A stretch of 64,000 nt of DNA from the IMG/VR virus record IMGVR_UViG_3300009071_000007. The stretch is one strand, 5' to 3'. Below the pieces are notes generated by a model. It was not told the DNA's origin. It ran no database searches and saw nothing but the letters and a program-made list of their open reading frames with translations. This document shows positions 60,446-64,000 of the stretch, piece by piece. Source of the DNA: a virus. The position numbers and the translations under genes are program-made. Every line of letters starts with the position of its first letter. The first letter of the stretch is position 1.

Positions 60446-63211
60446 TTAATTGGTTTGAGGTGGGGTTAAACTAAACCAAAGTCTCGGAACCTCAACGTCC
60501 GGGACTTCGATATCAAATTTGTTGTAAGCAGAAAATAGAGTAGTAAGTGGGTCCATAATCTCAGTAAGCTTACCGCTGTGACTACAGGCAGTTAGGCCTT
60601 CGTGTATAGCCTTCATAAACTCCCCGATATCAGCATATGCTTCCTTTAATACTGTAATCAAACCCGCTAAGTCTTCGTCGTATGCATCGATGGTGGGAAC
60701 ATCTACAACAAAGAGCTCTCTGGATTTCTGCTTACGTAAAGATACATCTCCGCTATTGCAAACCCTTTGATACTCTATAAAGTTTTCTAGGTACTGCCTG
60801 AACTCTATTGCTTCCTTTGAAGAATCATTGTCAGTCAGTGCACTGGTATGAATACAGTGGTGACTGTGTCTGTATATTCTTTTGTAGGCTCTCGAAAGAT
60901 CCGGCAATAGAGTTTCACACGCACGAGCACCCATCCAACTAAACTTATGCATCCATGCTGTTTCTGTAATAACGTTATGTGTCAATACTCTACGTAAATA
61001 CTCACTAACTACAAGACCCCCATCTTCTGTAGAGGTAAAGAAGAACTCATCAATGTGTTTCCAATGTGGGTTCTTCTCTGCATACTTGAGGTTAGTCTCT
61101 GAGAGTCTAAACAACTGCGGAGCTTTTAGGTCCTTAGTTTTGTCCAGCTCAAAGTAATCTTTCCTCCAAGCATTGCTAGGAACTACCTCTCTAAACAGGA
61201 TAGGGCTAGTAGACCATGGCTCTTGAATCCTGCAACCGACCTTATCCCATTTAGGGATACGCTTATACAATATCTTAGCTGCCATTAGCATCTTGTAATC
61301 ATCTGCCTTAGAACAATAATAGGTCTCGTTCTCAGATTCTAGAATAGTCTGAATCTTAGGTTCGAACTTGTCCCATGTCCACTTTTGATTACTAAATCGT
61401 AGGGAGAAGCCTACGATACGTTTCTCAAGTACACGTTGTTCTGCGGGAGTGAGGTGGTGTCCTGCTGTTTCTTCTTCTTTAAACTTAATTCCTGCTGCGA
61501 ATGCCTCTGGGACGTCTATATCAGAGTAACTACGCAGCAGAGAAGTGTGATTACTAAGGCAGTTATTTATCTTACTTCTTTGCAATTCATAAGCTGCCTC
61601 CTCCTTCAGTATTCTTGCTTTGTGATCATCGTCAAAGGCTTCTGAGAGCTCTTTAACAAACTTGTCACTGCTAACTGCTGAGATCAAGACAAACTTATCA
61701 ACGCCTTGAGACGTAAGATAAAGGTCCTTTACCTTAGATACACTACCTTCTTCTGCTACATAGACTCTGGATAAATCAATCCCGGTCCAATCAGTTACAT
61801 CTGTACGAGCAATCCCGTCCCTATATCCGGTTGCATGAACTACTCTAACCCGATAGCCCTTGAACATAGATTTAGGATTTGAGAACTTAATACCTGTGTT
61901 CTCAAACTTAGGTCTAATGCTAGAAACATCCACCATACGAGCAACATGCTTAATGGCGCTAAGCTCATCAGTGCTACTCACACTATCGGTGTTTCCCTTG
62001 TACAGTATGTTTGAACAGAGTTGTATCCACTTTATAAAATCATCTTCTTTTAGTGCTTCTTCTACTATTTTTGTTGCGTCTTCTGCTGCCTTCTCCAGCA
62101 TCCCTTGTACATACTTCTTTGTATTATCATTCCATATAACTTTCTCACGTGACGGAGTCACATCTACACCGTCTTGAATTACAATCTCTTCCCCGGCATC
62201 GTTGATGTATGACTGCCGCATAGGACACTTAATGCCTATGTTGCCCCACAACTCCTCCATTTCGAGTTCACGAAAGTCAATGCGTCCGTAGTTGATACCC
62301 GTAGTATCCCCAGGATTCTTGACAATCACGATGTGTGGTCGTGCATACCAACCAGAGTCTGTCACAATAAGATTGTCTGTGTTCAGGAGGATATCTCTAC
62401 TAATTGTAGGAGAGTATGACCTCCCTTGAGAATCTACTATGTCAAACCTGACTGATGGTATATAGCAAAGCTGCTCTTCTACTGCATTACTAAATGCTCT
62501 GCGAGTGTGCTTCTTTGCCCCAAGGGAAATTTTAGTGTAATTCTTTCCGCTGTAGTTTTTGTAATACGCTGGTTCTCCATTGCTAAGAGTTATTTGTCCA
62601 TCGGAATCCCACTTCCCTATGACAAAGTCCGTCTTGTACGGGTAGCAGTTCATCTTGAACAGCTTACCGTTGTATGCACTTTCAATGCTGTAGTAAGGAA
62701 CACCAGTAGACAACGCTACTTTAGAACCTAAACCGAATGCACCGAAGTTCTCAGCAGTATTACGCTTTGTAGAATATCCAAGTTCAAGCATACCTTCAAG
62801 ACGACGTCCCCCGATGCCAACACCGAAGTCCGTAATCTCTACAGTATCACAGTATCCTGAACCTGAATCGTCCTCAATGTATCTGACCTTGACATGGTTG
62901 TTCTCCATATCCAGATAGTTGAGGTCGTAGTACTCACGATTGAAGTTAGATGCTTCATACTCTTCTCCTGAACGAGTAATAAAGTAGTCTTCAACCTGAG
63001 CTTTACCTGCAAGTATCTCTACTGCAATTTCCTTCTCCCGTTGTGAATCGCAGGCGTTAGTCACCAGCTCACGTATGGTCGAAGGTATTGGAGTAGAATA
63101 TTGCGTAGCTTGTAGTACATCAAAGATTAGATGCTCTGCACCTTTGCTAATCTTTTTCTCTAGCCCACGCGTGTTTGATTGGGTTGTTTGCCCAACTGTT
63201 TTTATGCTCAT
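60446..63211 (-). CDS. rIIA: rIIA-like GHKL (Bergerat-fold) ATPase, 921 aa
   Basis: The N-box is IRELVTNACDS, the G1 box is EITDFGVGIG, and the G2 box is ENFGAFGLGSKVALS, in the order typical of Hsp90/MutL/rIIA ATPases. The long C-terminal region and the adjacent rIIB-like gene also fit. Confidence 0.65.
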   Translation of the reverse strand: MSIKTVGQTTQSNTRGLEKKISKGAEHLIFDVLQATQYSTPIPSTIRELVTNACDSQREKEIAVEILAGKAQVEDYFITRSGEEYEASNFNREYYDLNYLDMENNHVKVRYIEDDSGSGYCDTVEITDFGVGIGGRRLEGMLELGYSTKRNTAENFGAFGLGSKVALSTGVPYYSIESAYNGKLFKMNCYPYKTDFVIGKWDSDGQITLSNGEPAYYKNYSGKNYTKISLGAKKHTRRAFSNAVEEQLCYIPSVRFDIVDSQGRSYSPTISRDILLNTDNLIVTDSGWYARPHIVIVKNPGDTTGINYGRIDFRELEMEELWGNIGIKCPMRQSYINDAGEEIVIQDGVDVTPSREKVIWNDNTKKYVQGMLEKAAEDATKIVEEALKEDDFIKWIQLCSNILYKGNTDSVSSTDELSAIKHVARMVDVSSIRPKFENTGIKFSNPKSMFKGYRVRVVHATGYRDGIARTDVTDWTGIDLSRVYVAEEGSVSKVKDLYLTSQGVDKFVLISAVSSDKFVKELSEAFDDDHKARILKEEAAYELQRSKINNCLSNHTSLLRSYSDIDVPEAFAAGIKFKEEETAGHHLTPAEQRVLEKRIVGFSLRFSNQKWTWDKFEPKIQTILESENETYYCSKADDYKMLMAAKILYKRIPKWDKVGCRIQEPWSTSPILFREVVPSNAWRKDYFELDKTKDLKAPQLFRLSETNLKYAEKNPHWKHIDEFFFTSTEDGGLVVSEYLRRVLTHNVITETAWMHKFSWMGARACETLLPDLSRAYKRIYRHSHHCIHTSALTDNDSSKEAIEFRQYLENFIEYQRVCNSGDVSLRKQKSRELFVVDVPTIDAYDEDLAGLITVLKEAYADIGEFMKAIHEGLTACSHSGKLTEIMDPLTTLFSAYNKFDIEVPDVEVPRLWFSLTPPQTN

Positions 63212-63539
63212 TTTTTACAAGTGATTTAATTACATGATACTCTTCTTTCTGTTCTTTAGACAAACACCTAGGGTCTGCATAAATAATCCTATCTGATATA
63301 CAACTTCCGTAGATATAGTCACAGTTTTTGTGTACCCACTCCAGTGTAGGAGAAGGCGGTAACTTTCTGCGAGACCAATAACCCCCCAGTATAAAATGGT
63401 TAACAATATAATGGCCATTGCCTTGTTTAACCCTTATAAATACAGAGGGACTGATCATCCCAGCTCCACCATAAGCTACACCAATTAAGTCTCCAGGATC
63501 GGGGGGTTCTACCCCTGACCTTAATTTAAATTTTTCCAT
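63147..63539 (-). CDS. hypothetical protein (130 aa)
   Basis: ORF preceded by a terminator/short gap. Its last 65 nt overlap the start of the rIIA-like gene. No motif recognised. Confidence 0.6.
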   Translation of the reverse strand: MEKFKLRSGVEPPDPGDLIGVAYGGAGMISPSVFIRVKQGNGHYIVNHFILGGYWSRRKLPPSPTLEWVHKNCDYIYGSCISDRIIYADPRCLSKEQKEEYHVIKSLVKNEHKNSWANNPIKHAWAREKD

Positions 63540-63547
63540 ATTATTGT

Positions 63548-63581
63548 AAATAAAAACGACCCCTATTTAGTAGGGGCCGTC
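63548..63581 (-). terminator. rho-independent terminator (minus strand)
   Basis: The minus strand reads ACGGCCCCTA-CTAAA-TAGGGGTCGT followed by TTTTTATTT. The stem is 10 bp with one G.U pair, and the TAG stop of the upstream gene lies inside it. Confidence 0.7.
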
Positions 63582-64000
63582 AGTTCTAAGATCATTTCTA
63601 TCGTCTGCAATACTTGCTTCTGATTTCTGGGTACAAATAATACAGGTGGATCATCTTGCTCCATGAGGAGCTTTAAAAACATCTTCCATTTCAAGGGAAA
63701 CCTTTCGTTAGCATATCCTTTGCACTCTATAATCCATTTCCCCTTTGGGTCAAGGAAGTCAGGAGTGTAAGTGATGTCTCTAACCTTATGAGATTTCTTA
63801 TCCTTGTATCCAGTTTTGCCGTTGTCTTCATATCTACTATTCCCGTAATGCATTCCCTCAAACAAGACAAACTTCTTAGTTTCGTACTCTGAACTGATAC
63901 CACTCTCTTTGAGTTTTTGGTAGCAGAATACTTCGAGCATACTCCTAAAGTTTATTCCGTCGACTTGTTTTCGTTTTGCGTTTCGAACTCTTGTAGATCG
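63563..64000 (-). CDS. PD-(D/E)XK nuclease (DUF1064 / resolvase-like); 5' end probably beyond the right window edge
   Basis: ITYTPDFLDPKGKWIIECKGY gives the D..(E)xK core. The frame stays open from ATG 63940 to nt 64000. The upstream residues VDGINFRSMLEVFCYQKL look like the family's N-terminal G.xFxSxxE element, so the true start is likely outside the window. Confidence 0.55.
   Translation of the reverse strand, partial: RSTRVRNAKRKQVDGINFRSMLEVFCYQKLKESGISSEYETKKFVLFEGMHYGNSRYEDNGKTGYKDKKSHKVRDITYTPDFLDPKGKWIIECKGYANERFPLKWKMFLKLLMEQDDPPVLFVPRNQKQVLQTIEMILELTAPTK

Noticed and set aside
1-64000. tRNA genes, CRISPR arrays, IS elements, integrase or attachment sites
   Set aside because: Non-coding space is limited to a few gaps of about 130 nt or less. 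None shows a cloverleaf-like acceptor/T-arm pattern or spaced direct repeats. No recombinase or transposase motifs were seen in any ORF. A tRNAscan-SE or Infernal run would be the definitive check.

Overview
The window reads as one contiguous piece of a tailed dsDNA phage genome. I found no cellular housekeeping genes, rRNA or tRNA genes, CRISPR arrays, transposases or integrases.

Layout:
- 1-2.9 kb (+): small accessory genes. These are a 5'-truncated M43-type Zn-protease with dockerin-like repeats, a DUF5675/YkuD-like protein, a GroES-like co-chaperonin, and small wHTH, Zn-ribbon and HU-like proteins.
- 2.9-34.6 kb (+): morphogenesis arm. It holds the large terminase, portal, a 1043-aa repeat-containing protein, an acidic scaffold-like protein, a major-capsid candidate, a second terminator-flanked structural protein, a metallophosphatase flanked by acidic proteins, and a histone-H1-like basic protein. 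It also holds a mosaic fibre cluster with a MAM-like protein, and a 1488-aa tail protein followed in the same frame by an ATG-less ORF after a single TGA.
- 34.6-56.7 kb (+): five giant ORFs of 1186, 930, 3055, 915 and 1290 aa.
- About 56.75 kb: a bidirectional terminator between convergent arms.
- 56.8-64 kb (-): DNA-metabolism and early genes. These are a partial PD-(D/E)XK nuclease, an rIIA-like GHKL ATPase, an rIIB-like protein, a FEN/5'-nuclease, a family-1 UDG and a DUF1599-like protein.

Expression signals point to a Bacteroidota (flavobacterial-type) host: a TAnnTTTG -7 box, A-rich leaders without Shine-Dalgarno sequences, and long chains of TAATG/ATGA overlaps.

The main finding is the giant-ORF block, which looks like a virion-packaged, host-injected cargo module.
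- The 915-aa ORF carries a beta-prime-type double-psi beta-barrel signature (FRxN..GRxxV .. RxP .. DFDID) of a two-barrel RNA polymerase.
- The upstream 3055-aa ORF carries an HEAFH zincin motif.
- These two ORFs can be joined only through a -1 frame change inside a 43-nt window that contains an A5 run.
- A canonical A_AAA_AAG heptamer sits at the 1186/930-aa junction.

All family assignments come from reading motifs by eye and from memory. No database search was run.
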